The notes under the pieces: generated by a model | Databases searched by the model: none | Told to the model about the DNA's origin: nothing | Seen by the model: only the letters and a program-made list of their open reading frames with translations | Shown here: positions 23,631 through 30,012 of the stretch, piece by piece | Position numbering within the stretch: position 1 is the first letter of the stretch | How the letters are laid out: the number at the start of each line of letters is the position of its first letter | Made by a program: the position numbers and the translations under genes | IMG/VR virus record: IMGVR_UViG_3300027974_000008 | Direction: 5' to 3' (one strand) | Length of the DNA: 37,583 nucleotides | From: a virus

Positions 23631-24772
23631 AACTATGGACAAATAACACCAACGCAATTCACAAAGTCGATGACAATATGCTCTACCCGCGCACTACCTA
23701 TGTGCTGCCCGATGAGCTAACTGGACCAATCTGGGACGATTCAATCCCTTGCCCACACAAGATCAAGCCTTACTACAAGGGGCGTGCGGCTGGTGGCGCA
23801 ACAGCCGTCTACCGCGCTGGCGCAATTGGTGACGCGATCATCGCTACTGCCTTCGTCAACTACTTGGTGCAAGAATCGGGTGGGGTTGTGGAGGTTTACG
23901 CACCCGCACGCAACCTGCCTCTCTACGCTGGGCTGGGTGCAAAGCTGTGGCCGTTGCCATCCTCGCTGGAAGCTTGGGATTCTTTTGATGCACACCTACC
24001 TACTGACGATTTGTTCAGCGGGCAGGTAGGCAACACGAAGTTAGGCACTGGTCCTGGCAACTGCTACCAGAGGATCTACGAGTGGATGGGTGTGTGGGAT
24101 GAAAAGACGATGGCTAAGTACTGCAAGCCAGTCCTGCATCTCATAGAGCCAGATCACGAAGAGCTAAAGGCGATGGGCAAGTGGCCGTTGCCTAGCCCGT
24201 TCTTTGCTTACCACGTTAGCAGTTCTGGTCCTACCCGCACCTACCCGCCAACGATGGGGCAGGAGGCGGTGCTGGCGTTGCTTGAGGCTTATCCCAAGCA
24301 TCACGCTGTCATCATTGGGCTGGATAACTCAAACAACTTCAAGGTGGATCATCCACGAGTGATTGACCTATTCAACTGCACCAAGACTGTACGCTCGCTG
24401 TTCCCGATTATCAGCGGGGCTGACTTTGTTGTTGCTCCAGATAGCAGCGTCAATCATATGGCTGCTGGGTTGGATACGCCTTGCATTTCATTATGGGGAA
24501 GCTATCATCCAGATTGGAGAGTTAAGTATTACCCAAGGTCATATCCATTATATGCGCCCGAAGTATGTCCGCACGCTCCATGCGCTCCTCATGCTGGACT
24601 GCCACAATCCAAGTGTAAGGACGCATCAAATAAAACAAATAGAACTCAGTTTTGGTGCAACGCCCTAAGAAACATATCGGCAGATATGATTGTTGGGGCA
24701 GCCAAGAAAGTATTAGAAGATAATGAAAAACAAGAATTGCCCACACTGCAAACAAATAAAGCCAATATCTGA
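23627..24772 (+). CDS. GT9-like glycosyltransferase (heptosyltransferase family) with a C-terminal 4-Cys cluster
   Basis: 381 aa. RAGAIGDAIIATAFVNYL and FVVAPDSSVNHMAAGLDTPCISLWG match the GT9 N-terminal R..alGD and C-terminal DSg..HlAaA.g.P...lfG signatures. It also has CPHAPCAPHAGLPQSKCKDASNKTNRTQFWC, i.e. C-x4-C-x10-C-x13-C. Confidence 0.6.
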   Translation: MKLWTNNTNAIHKVDDNMLYPRTTYVLPDELTGPIWDDSIPCPHKIKPYYKGRAAGGATAVYRAGAIGDAIIATAFVNYLVQESGGVVEVYAPARNLPLYAGLGAKLWPLPSSLEAWDSFDAHLPTDDLFSGQVGNTKLGTGPGNCYQRIYEWMGVWDEKTMAKYCKPVLHLIEPDHEELKAMGKWPLPSPFFAYHVSSSGPTRTYPPTMGQEAVLALLEAYPKHHAVIIGLDNSNNFKVDHPRVIDLFNCTKTVRSLFPIISGADFVVAPDSSVNHMAAGLDTPCISLWGSYHPDWRVKYYPRSYPLYAPEVCPHAPCAPHAGLPQSKCKDASNKTNRTQFWCNALRNISADMIVGAAKKVLEDNEKQELPTLQTNKANI

Positions 24773-25343
24773 CTTCTCTAAAAGAAGCGATTGCAAGCTT
24801 GGTTTGATGTCATGGTGTAGACCATGCAATAGGGGTAAGGTCAGGAAATATAGACTAAATAACAAGCAAAAGTGTTATGCAAATATGCTTAAATGGAGAG
24901 GAAAAAATAAATCAAAGTTATTGGCTATACAGAAAAGATACAGATCAAACAACCCACTAAACTTGCGGTCAACTAAAATGGTTTATGAGGCTAGATCAAA
25001 GTCATTAATAAAAAACTTGCCGTTTAACATTGATTACAAATATGTTCATAGTCTGTGTAGAAATGGCAAATGTGCCATAACTGGAATTGAGTTTAAAACT
25101 ACAGGCGGGAAGAACCCTTACTCTCCCAGCCTTGACAGGATAGTTCCTGAGCTGGGATATGTAAGGGGAAATGTAAGGGTAATACTTTGGTCATTAAATG
25201 CCTTCAAAAATAAATGGTCTGATTCTGAAATTTATCCTATTGCAAAACAATTTTGTAAGTCATATGAAGAAAGTCTTACCAATCCAGCGGATGGTACGCA
25301 GGGAGATCCTGCGTCTGGTGTCCTCAGTGTGTCCACCACTTGA
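24723..25343 (+). CDS. HNH-family (degenerate) homing-type endonuclease
   Basis: 206 aa. It has an N-terminal CPHC...CRPC zinc motif and SLDRIVPELGYVRGNVRVILWSLNAFKNKWSD, like phage HNH-type proteins. My hand count gives about 34% G+C over 240 nt, against about 62% in 120 nt of the GT9 gene. It overlaps the GT9 3' end by 50 nt. Confidence 0.5.
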   Translation: MKNKNCPHCKQIKPISDFSKRSDCKLGLMSWCRPCNRGKVRKYRLNNKQKCYANMLKWRGKNKSKLLAIQKRYRSNNPLNLRSTKMVYEARSKSLIKNLPFNIDYKYVHSLCRNGKCAITGIEFKTTGGKNPYSPSLDRIVPELGYVRGNVRVILWSLNAFKNKWSDSEIYPIAKQFCKSYEESLTNPADGTQGDPASGVLSVSTT

Positions 25344-25362
25344 AACAAAGCTGGTTTGATTT

Positions 25363-27321
25363 ATGACAACAGCACAACGACAAGCTGAAGAGATTGTAGG
25401 CCAAGTGGATTGGCAGTCCGAAAACCACGGGCTGTGCAAGTGTCCTGGTGAAGCTGCACATACCAGCCACACTCGCATCCGCGACACAACGGTGTTCGTA
25501 GACGGCGCGCCGACTATCTTTTGCTGGCATACTTCCTGCACGCCGTATCGTGATGAGGCCAACCGCAAGTTGCGCCGAGCTATATCCAGCGATGTTCTTT
25601 ACAAGCCTGTCAACATTATGTCGGGTGGCACAGCCGTGCCGAAGCTGATCATCAAGAAAGACCCGCACTCCGAGGTGCTGGATAGGATCAAGACTGTTGC
25701 TGAGTCAAACAAGCAACGATACCTAACCCACTACAATTGGGAGACTGCGGATATGTTTGAGGAAAGTCCGACCAAGCTGGACGATCCAGCACAGGACTAT
25801 CAGTTGTTCCTATCCCTGTTCAACGCTGTCGATAACATCTGGATAGGTAACGTCACGGATAGCGGAAAGCATCCGCAAAACTTCCGCACAGCTTACGATT
25901 GGAAGAAGCTGGATGAGCCGATTGGGCAGTACACAACTGGCGCGACCTACAAGCAAGGCACAGTCAGTAGGTCCAACGATACGGTTGAGGATAGGATATT
26001 CTTGGTTGTCGAGTCGGATGTACTTACTAAACCACAGATGGGTGCGGTGTTCCAATTGATGCGTGACTTGTTCAAGCTTCGGTTGCGTGCCGTTGTGGAT
26101 ACTGGTGGCAAGAGTTTGCACGGATGGTTTGATATGCCGTCCAACAAGGAATTGATTGACCAGTTGAAAACATTTCTTATTCCGCTTGGATGTGACCCAG
26201 CAACATTCAAGCCTAGTCAGCCAGTTCGGATACCTGGGGCAAAAAGAAACGACAAAATGCAGAGCCTGTTATGGTTCTACAAGGGAGGAAAGATGAATGA
26301 ACTACCGATGATTGAACCCGCCGTGGCCTTAGGTATCAAACCGAAGACGGACGAGTGGCCGCCGATCAAATCTTATGCACAACTTGTTAAGGAAGACTTA
26401 CCCGCACCAGAGACGCTAATTGATGGAATGTTGCACAGAGGCGGGAAGATGTTGTTGGGTGGAGGAAGCAAGGCGTTTAAGAGTTGGAGTCTAATTGACC
26501 TAGCCCTTTCGTTACATGCTGGCGTACCTTGGTGGGGGCAGCAGTGCAAGATGTCGCGGGTGTTGTTCATCAACTTTGAGATCCAAGAGTGGAGTTTTCG
26601 CAATCGGTTAGCAGATGTTATCAAGGCCAAAGGACTAGAAGACAAGGCTGATGACTTTGATGTGTGGACGCTCCGAGGTCACGCTGCCGATCTAACTCTC
26701 ATCCGTCCTATGATCGAGAAGCAGATTGAAGGTAAGGGCTACCAAGCGATCATCCTTGACCCAAACTATATGCTGATGGGTGAGAGGGATGAGAACAGCG
26801 CGGGTGATATGTCATCACTGATGAATGAGTTTGAGTACCTAGCTACCCGCCACAATCTGTCGATCATCCTCTCACACCACTTCAGTAAGGGTAACAAGTC
26901 GGGTGCAGAGTCGATTGACCGCTTCAGTGGGTCGGGCGTGTTCGCCCGTAATCCAGACACGCTGGTCGTTCTGACTGCCCACGAGGAGGATGAGAAGACC
27001 TACACTTGCGACATCACGCTACGCAACTTCCCGCCAGTAGATAGCTTTGTCGTTCAGTGGCATTATCCGCTGTTCCAAGCCAATTTTGCACTCAATCCAG
27101 ATAAGCTAAAGAAGCCAGGCGCACACAAGGCTGTTGACGATAAAAGGTTCTTAACTGAAATGGGTAGCAAGCAGTGGCAGGCGGGTGATTTATGTCGTCA
27201 TATCATTGAAAAGCTGGAAGTATCGGAAAGTACCTTTTATCGCTATCTAAAACGCCTTCACAAAGCCAACAAGATATTGTCTGACAGCGGCTTGTATATT
27301 GCCAATCAGACTGCTTTCTAA
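25363..27321 (+). CDS. Primase (AEP/prim-pol-like) fused to a RecA-fold replicative helicase (AAA_25/RepA-like)
   Basis: 652 aa. It has an N-terminal Cys/His cluster, then FLVVESD, TGGKSLHGWF and VRIPGAKR (prim-pol-like motifs). Next come MLLGGGSKAFKSWSLIDLALSL (Walker A-like) and AIILDPNYML (Walker B-like). Confidence 0.6.
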   Translation: MTTAQRQAEEIVGQVDWQSENHGLCKCPGEAAHTSHTRIRDTTVFVDGAPTIFCWHTSCTPYRDEANRKLRRAISSDVLYKPVNIMSGGTAVPKLIIKKDPHSEVLDRIKTVAESNKQRYLTHYNWETADMFEESPTKLDDPAQDYQLFLSLFNAVDNIWIGNVTDSGKHPQNFRTAYDWKKLDEPIGQYTTGATYKQGTVSRSNDTVEDRIFLVVESDVLTKPQMGAVFQLMRDLFKLRLRAVVDTGGKSLHGWFDMPSNKELIDQLKTFLIPLGCDPATFKPSQPVRIPGAKRNDKMQSLLWFYKGGKMNELPMIEPAVALGIKPKTDEWPPIKSYAQLVKEDLPAPETLIDGMLHRGGKMLLGGGSKAFKSWSLIDLALSLHAGVPWWGQQCKMSRVLFINFEIQEWSFRNRLADVIKAKGLEDKADDFDVWTLRGHAADLTLIRPMIEKQIEGKGYQAIILDPNYMLMGERDENSAGDMSSLMNEFEYLATRHNLSIILSHHFSKGNKSGAESIDRFSGSGVFARNPDTLVVLTAHEEDEKTYTCDITLRNFPPVDSFVVQWHYPLFQANFALNPDKLKKPGAHKAVDDKRFLTEMGSKQWQAGDLCRHIIEKLEVSESTFYRYLKRLHKANKILSDSGLYIANQTAF

Positions 27322-27360
27322 TCCACTTTCAACCCACTATCATTTATAGAGCAGTCAGAC

Positions 27361-27378
27361 TCCTTATATATATAAGGA
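27361..27378. repeat. Perfect 18-bp AT-rich palindrome TCCTTATATATATAAGGA
   Basis: Read directly. It lies in the intergenic region 40 nt after the primase-helicase stop. Confidence 0.9.
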
Positions 27379-27396
27379 ATAATTCGCGAAGGAAAA

Positions 27397-27432
27397 GTAG
27401 GAACAGGACTCCTTAGTCCGTCCTGTCCCTAC
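27397..27432 (+). terminator. Hairpin (13-position stem with one mismatch, 10-nt loop)
   Basis: GTAGGAACAGGAC-tccttagtcc-GTCCTGTCCCTAC, downstream of the long plus-strand operon. Confidence 0.5.
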
Positions 27433-27434
27433 TA

Positions 27435-27455
27435 CGCTACGCTATTTCCGTAGCG
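27435..27455 (+). terminator. Second hairpin (7-bp stem, 7-nt loop) followed by TTCTCC
   Basis: CGCTACG-ctatttc-CGTAGCG read directly. Confidence 0.45.
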
Positions 27456-27475
27456 TTCTCCTAAATGAACAAACA

Positions 27476-27497
27476 GGGCTGGCTGGGCTGGGCAGGG
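27476..27497 (+). other. G-quadruplex-type motif (G3-N6-G3-N2-G3-N2-G3)
   Basis: GGGctggctGGGctGGGcaGGG on the plus strand, intergenic. Confidence 0.4.
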
Positions 27498-27532
27498 CTG
27501 GTTCGCACACGCTCGCACCTGCCGAGACGGAG

Positions 27533-27562
27533 TTGGTGATAAGGTGGTGGGTGTGGTACAAT
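27533..27562 (+). promoter_or_regulatory. Candidate sigma70-type promoter (TTGGTG, 18-nt spacer, TGg-TACAAT)
   Basis: It has an extended -10-like TG. The -10 ends 7 nt before the ATG at 27569, which would give a leaderless mRNA. Confidence 0.35.
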
Positions 27563-27568
27563 CGTGAA

Positions 27569-27712
27569 ATGAACAACAGCAAGCCAGGTTTATACGCTAA
27601 CATTAACGCTCGCCGCAAGGCTGGCACTAGCCGTCCTAAATCTAAAAGCACCATCAGCCCCAAGGTGTGGCGCATGATGAAAGCCAAGAAGGGTGGGTTT
27701 GAATCACGATAG
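27569..27712 (+). CDS. Small basic protein (47 aa) with a GLYANINARRK motif
   Basis: Not in the track. MNNSKPGLYANINARRKAGTSRPKSKSTISPKVWRMMKAKKGGFESR*. I recall the G-L-[WY]-A-N-I-x-A-[KR]-[KR] motif from small phage and giant-virus proteins. Confidence 0.45.
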   Translation: MNNSKPGLYANINARRKAGTSRPKSKSTISPKVWRMMKAKKGGFESR

Positions 27713-27977
27713 AGAGCAGTTGAAGGTAGCGCACAAGTTCATTGCCCTGCTTCAACGTGAGAATGCACAGTTGCATGGCGTGCTACGCTTGCTAGGCCAA
27801 CTGGTAGATGATATGAATGCAAACTGCTCCTATGAAGTATTCGAGGTGCAATGGAACAGCCTTACAGATCAGGTCAAGAGGCTGTCAGGCTTCTTTGAAA
27901 CACACCAGAAGGCACTACAATCGCTCCACGATGCCTGTCCTGAGGCTTTTGACTCCGATGAGGTAGATGAGTCGTGA
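27693..27977 (+). CDS. Hypothetical protein (start uncertain)
   Basis: 94-aa track ORF with a GTG start. An alternative TTG start lies at 27720. Confidence 0.45.
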   Translation: MGLNHDREQLKVAHKFIALLQRENAQLHGVLRLLGQLVDDMNANCSYEVFEVQWNSLTDQVKRLSGFFETHQKALQSLHDACPEAFDSDEVDES

Positions 27978-28210
27978 ATCCTAGAGACTTACCCTGTAAC
28001 TCACCACGCAGGACTCCAGGTGGACCTAAGAAGTTTGTGGTACGAGCCTGCCAAGGAGGAGAGAGCAAGACTATCCGCTATGGCGACCCCAAGATGACAA
28101 TTAAGAAGAGTAATCCAGACCGCCGCAGGAGCTTTAGGGCTAGGCATCATTGCGACTCTAAGCCTCCCGCCAAAACCTCTGCCAGATACTGGAGTTGCAA
28201 GAATTGGTGA
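27974..28210 (+). CDS. Small basic conserved-looking protein
   Basis: 78 aa. KKFVVRACQGGESKTIRYGDP...RRRSFRARHHC...SARYWSCKNW resembles a small protein family I recall from phages and large DNA viruses. Confidence 0.5.
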   Translation: MNPRDLPCNSPRRTPGGPKKFVVRACQGGESKTIRYGDPKMTIKKSNPDRRRSFRARHHCDSKPPAKTSARYWSCKNW

Positions 28211-28215
28211 CAAGT

Positions 28216-28371
28216 ATGCCTAAAAAGACACGCCACAATGCCTCAAAATCGAGCAAGGATGCCCCTAGAAAGCGTCTTAAACCACGATCTGATGCCCCAG
28301 ACCTTCCAGTGGTCAAATTTAAGGTTGAGGAGCTAGGAAACAAAGCCTGCTGCTGCCGTATCGGACGCTAG
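28216..28371 (+). CDS. Possible small basic protein (51 aa)
   Basis: Not in the track. MPKKTRHNASKSSKDAPRKRLKPR... It has no clear RBS. Confidence 0.25.
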   Translation: MPKKTRHNASKSSKDAPRKRLKPRSDAPDLPVVKFKVEELGNKACCCRIGR

Positions 28372-28446
28372 GCTGCCGTTTATACGCCCCTTATAGGGCT
28401 ATTCTACACACCCCTTATAGGGCTATCGCTCCCGCGAAAGGCTACG

Positions 28447-28635
28447 CTACCGTTTGGATGCCTGCGCTTCCGTTTGACGCTCCCGCCGAAACTTATCCCA
28501 ACGCTTCCGCTGTGCCTGCGCTACAGTTTGGTAATGCTCCCGCGACAACTTGCGAGCCTTGCAAGATCCTTTGACGCTCCCGCCCTTACGCCCAAGGCGC
28601 GAAAGGTAGGCTTTGATAATTTCGTCTTCTGTCAT
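28447..28635 (-). CDS. Small basic protein, putative nucleic-acid binding (62 aa)
   Basis: LGRKGGSVKGSCKARKLSREHYQTVAQAQRKRWDKF resembles the common GRKGG...RW small proteins of mobile elements. DNA repeats run through it. Confidence 0.45.
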   Translation of the reverse strand: MTEDEIIKAYLSRLGRKGGSVKGSCKARKLSREHYQTVAQAQRKRWDKFRRERQTEAQASKR

Positions 28636-28649
28636 ATTTTTATGTTGTC

Positions 28650-28679
28650 CTTATAGGGTGCTATGCTTCCGTTTGTAAA
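28650..28679 (-). promoter_or_regulatory. Candidate promoter for the 28635 gene (TTTACA, 18-nt spacer, TATAAG)
   Basis: Read on the minus strand. The -10 lies inside a CCTTATAGGG repeat copy and ends 14 nt from the ATG. Confidence 0.3.
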
Positions 28680-28750
28680 GACGGAATGCCTGCGCTGCCG
28701 TTTATAGGCAAGCGCGAAAGCCGTTGGGGCTTGAACCCTTGGCGGGTTTG

Positions 28751-28927
28751 TTATCTTGTCTTAATTCCCTCCCCGACAATCTTGTTAATCAGCTTTAGGG
28801 AATACTCCCCCCATTGCTCCATAGCTATCTGCACCGTCCTTTTATAAGATACGCCCTCTTTTTTGGCCAGCTTTCGGAGATAACTTTCGGTTATTCCAGC
28901 CTCATCTAATTGCTTAGGGTGTTTCAT
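28751..28927 (-). CDS. Small putative DNA-binding protein (58 aa)
   Basis: Track ORF 28751-28996. The internal ATG at 28927 follows AGAGGA. MKHPKQLDEAGITESYLRKLAKKEGVSYKRTVQIAMEQW is helix-turn-helix-like by eye. Confidence 0.4.
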   Translation of the reverse strand: MKHPKQLDEAGITESYLRKLAKKEGVSYKRTVQIAMEQWGEYSLKLINKIVGEGIKTR

Positions 28928-29046
28928 GTGTTCCTCTTTCTTTCTTTCATTCGCGCAATCAATAAAGACTGCGCTGCCGTTATTAGGCCATCCCAAGCGG
29001 GTTTGACCTCTCCCACCCTCGGTAAAGAGGATGGACGAGGGAAAAC

Positions 29047-29139
29047 TTATTTCCGTTTATTCCTTGGCCATACCAGCACCACAAACAAGGCGAGGAGGAC
29101 ACCGTGCAGCATCCCAAGGGAATAGAGTTGGGGGTTCAT
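29047..29139 (-). CDS. Possible 30-aa membrane peptide
   Basis: MNPQLYSLGMLHGVLLALFVVLVWPRNKRK*. It has an ATGA overlap with the upstream gene stop. Confidence 0.3.
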   Translation of the reverse strand: MNPQLYSLGMLHGVLLALFVVLVWPRNKRK

Positions 29140-29309
29140 TCTTTCACCTCCTCCGCGCGCAATATCTCCCAATCTCCACTAGGCGAATCCTCAGACCATT
29201 CCGCGCCGTCCATGTTTGCAGCCTTGTCCAATGCTTCATACTCATCCTTTGCGGATACTTCCAGCTCGTATTGTGTAATACTTTGCGCAATTACTATATA
29301 TTTCTTCAT
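29136..29309 (-). CDS. Small acidic protein (57 aa)
   Basis: Not in the track. MKKYIVIAQSITQYELEVSAKDEYEALDKAANMDGAEWSEDSPSGDWEILRAEEVKE*. An AAGGAA RBS lies upstream. Confidence 0.45.
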   Translation of the reverse strand: MKKYIVIAQSITQYELEVSAKDEYEALDKAANMDGAEWSEDSPSGDWEILRAEEVKE

Positions 29310-29324
29310 TTTGTTTTCCTTTCC

Positions 29325-29582
29325 TTAGTCAACGTATGGGAAGGAAAGATTGTCATCCTCCCACGGTTTGATTGTGATTATGTAGTGAACACGATTGCAG
29401 AGATGATACCCCGCTAGTATGGTTAGAATCCCGCTATCACCGTCAACCACCGTCCAGATATGTCTATGCTTTTGATTTACTACAAAGGCAGCGTCCTCTC
29501 CATAAGTCTCAAAGGCAATGCTTCCTTCCTCTCGCATGATTGGAAGATAATCATCTATGCTTTTCTTTTGCTTTTTCTTCAT
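29325..29582 (-). CDS. Hypothetical protein (85 aa)
   Basis: Track ORF, part of the coupled minus-strand chain. Confidence 0.5.
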   Translation of the reverse strand: MKKKQKKSIDDYLPIMREEGSIAFETYGEDAAFVVNQKHRHIWTVVDGDSGILTILAGYHLCNRVHYIITIKPWEDDNLSFPYVD

Positions 29583-29863
29583 TTTGTTTTTGTCTCCTTT
29601 TCTTTTCTTCCCTGCTTAATTCCGTCCTGAAATATCTTTTCAAATTGCTCGCCAAGCATGACGCACAAGTCCGCAATCTCATCAGGAGGATATGACTCAA
29701 AGGGCTGCCAAGGCTCAATCCCATCAGGCATATCGCTCATAGAATCATAAAGGGCTTTAGTTATCTGCTCTCCCTTTGTGTATGCTTCCCCATCCCAATG
29801 AGACAGGTATTGACCGCACGCTTCCAATAGGAAGTCTTGCTTTTCTGCTTTCGTGTTTTTCAT
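29579..29863 (-). CDS. Hypothetical acidic protein (94 aa)
   Basis: Track ORF 29579-29926. ATG at 29863 (MKNTKAEKQDF...) forms an ATGA overlap with the upstream stop. Confidence 0.5.
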   Translation of the reverse strand: MKNTKAEKQDFLLEACGQYLSHWDGEAYTKGEQITKALYDSMSDMPDGIEPWQPFESYPPDEIADLCVMLGEQFEKIFQDGIKQGRKEKETKTK

Positions 29864-30012
29864 TTTGTGCCTTCTCTTTCTTTTCTTATTATCGCACTCC
29901 ATTCCATTCCCTCCCGCTGCGCCCAACGTAGGGCGCGAGCGTAGGAAGTGAACCGCGCGAAAAATTGCCCGACTGAATTATATACGGCGTAGGAGTGTTT
30001 AGTGTTTGCCAT
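29860..30012 (-). CDS. Small protein (50 aa)
   Basis: Track ORF 29860-30081. The internal ATG at 30012 gives MANTKHSYAVYNSVGQFFARF..., just downstream of the preceding stop. Confidence 0.4.
   Translation of the reverse strand: MANTKHSYAVYNSVGQFFARFTSYARALRWAQREGMEWSAIIRKEREGTK

Larger units (their letters stand above)
28372..28706 (-). repeat. Iteron-like array: at least 6 same-orientation copies of AAACGGnAGCG[C/T]AGGC-type motifs, plus 16-mer and 15-mer exact repeats
   Basis: All on the plus strand. GCTGCCGTTTATA occurs at 28372 and 28694. [A/G]TGCCTGCGCT occurs at 28458, 28512 and 28686. CCCCTTATAGGGCTAT occurs at 28387 and 28411, with a degenerate copy at 28649. TTTGACGCTCCCGCC occurs at 28473 and 28570. 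GCTCCCGC occurs four times. A related copy (GCGCTGCCGTTATTAGGC) lies at 28971. Confidence 0.8.

Noticed and set aside
27322-27568. tRNA or other small RNA gene in the largest intergenic region
   Set aside because: I could not fold a cloverleaf. The only T-loop-like string (GGTTCGCAC) lacks a complementary T-stem and an acceptor stem. The hairpins look like terminators or operators. A formal tRNAscan/Infernal run is still advisable.
27442-27687. 81-aa minus-strand track ORF
   Set aside because: It spans the hairpins, G-tract and promoter-like region and has no RBS. It is antisense to a 47-aa plus-strand ORF with a recognisable conserved motif and a promoter directly upstream.
28372-28990. CRISPR array
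   Set aside because: The repeated motifs are short (13-20 nt), irregularly spaced and interleaved with other repeat families. Some lie inside a plausible coding ORF, and no cas genes or leader are present.
28910-29417. Plus-strand track ORFs (28910-29125, 29031-29417, 29104-29328) opposite the small-gene cluster
   Set aside because: They overlap several minus-strand genes that have RBSs and ATGA coupling. They have odd composition (Cys/Phe/Leu-rich, low complexity) and no start-site signals.
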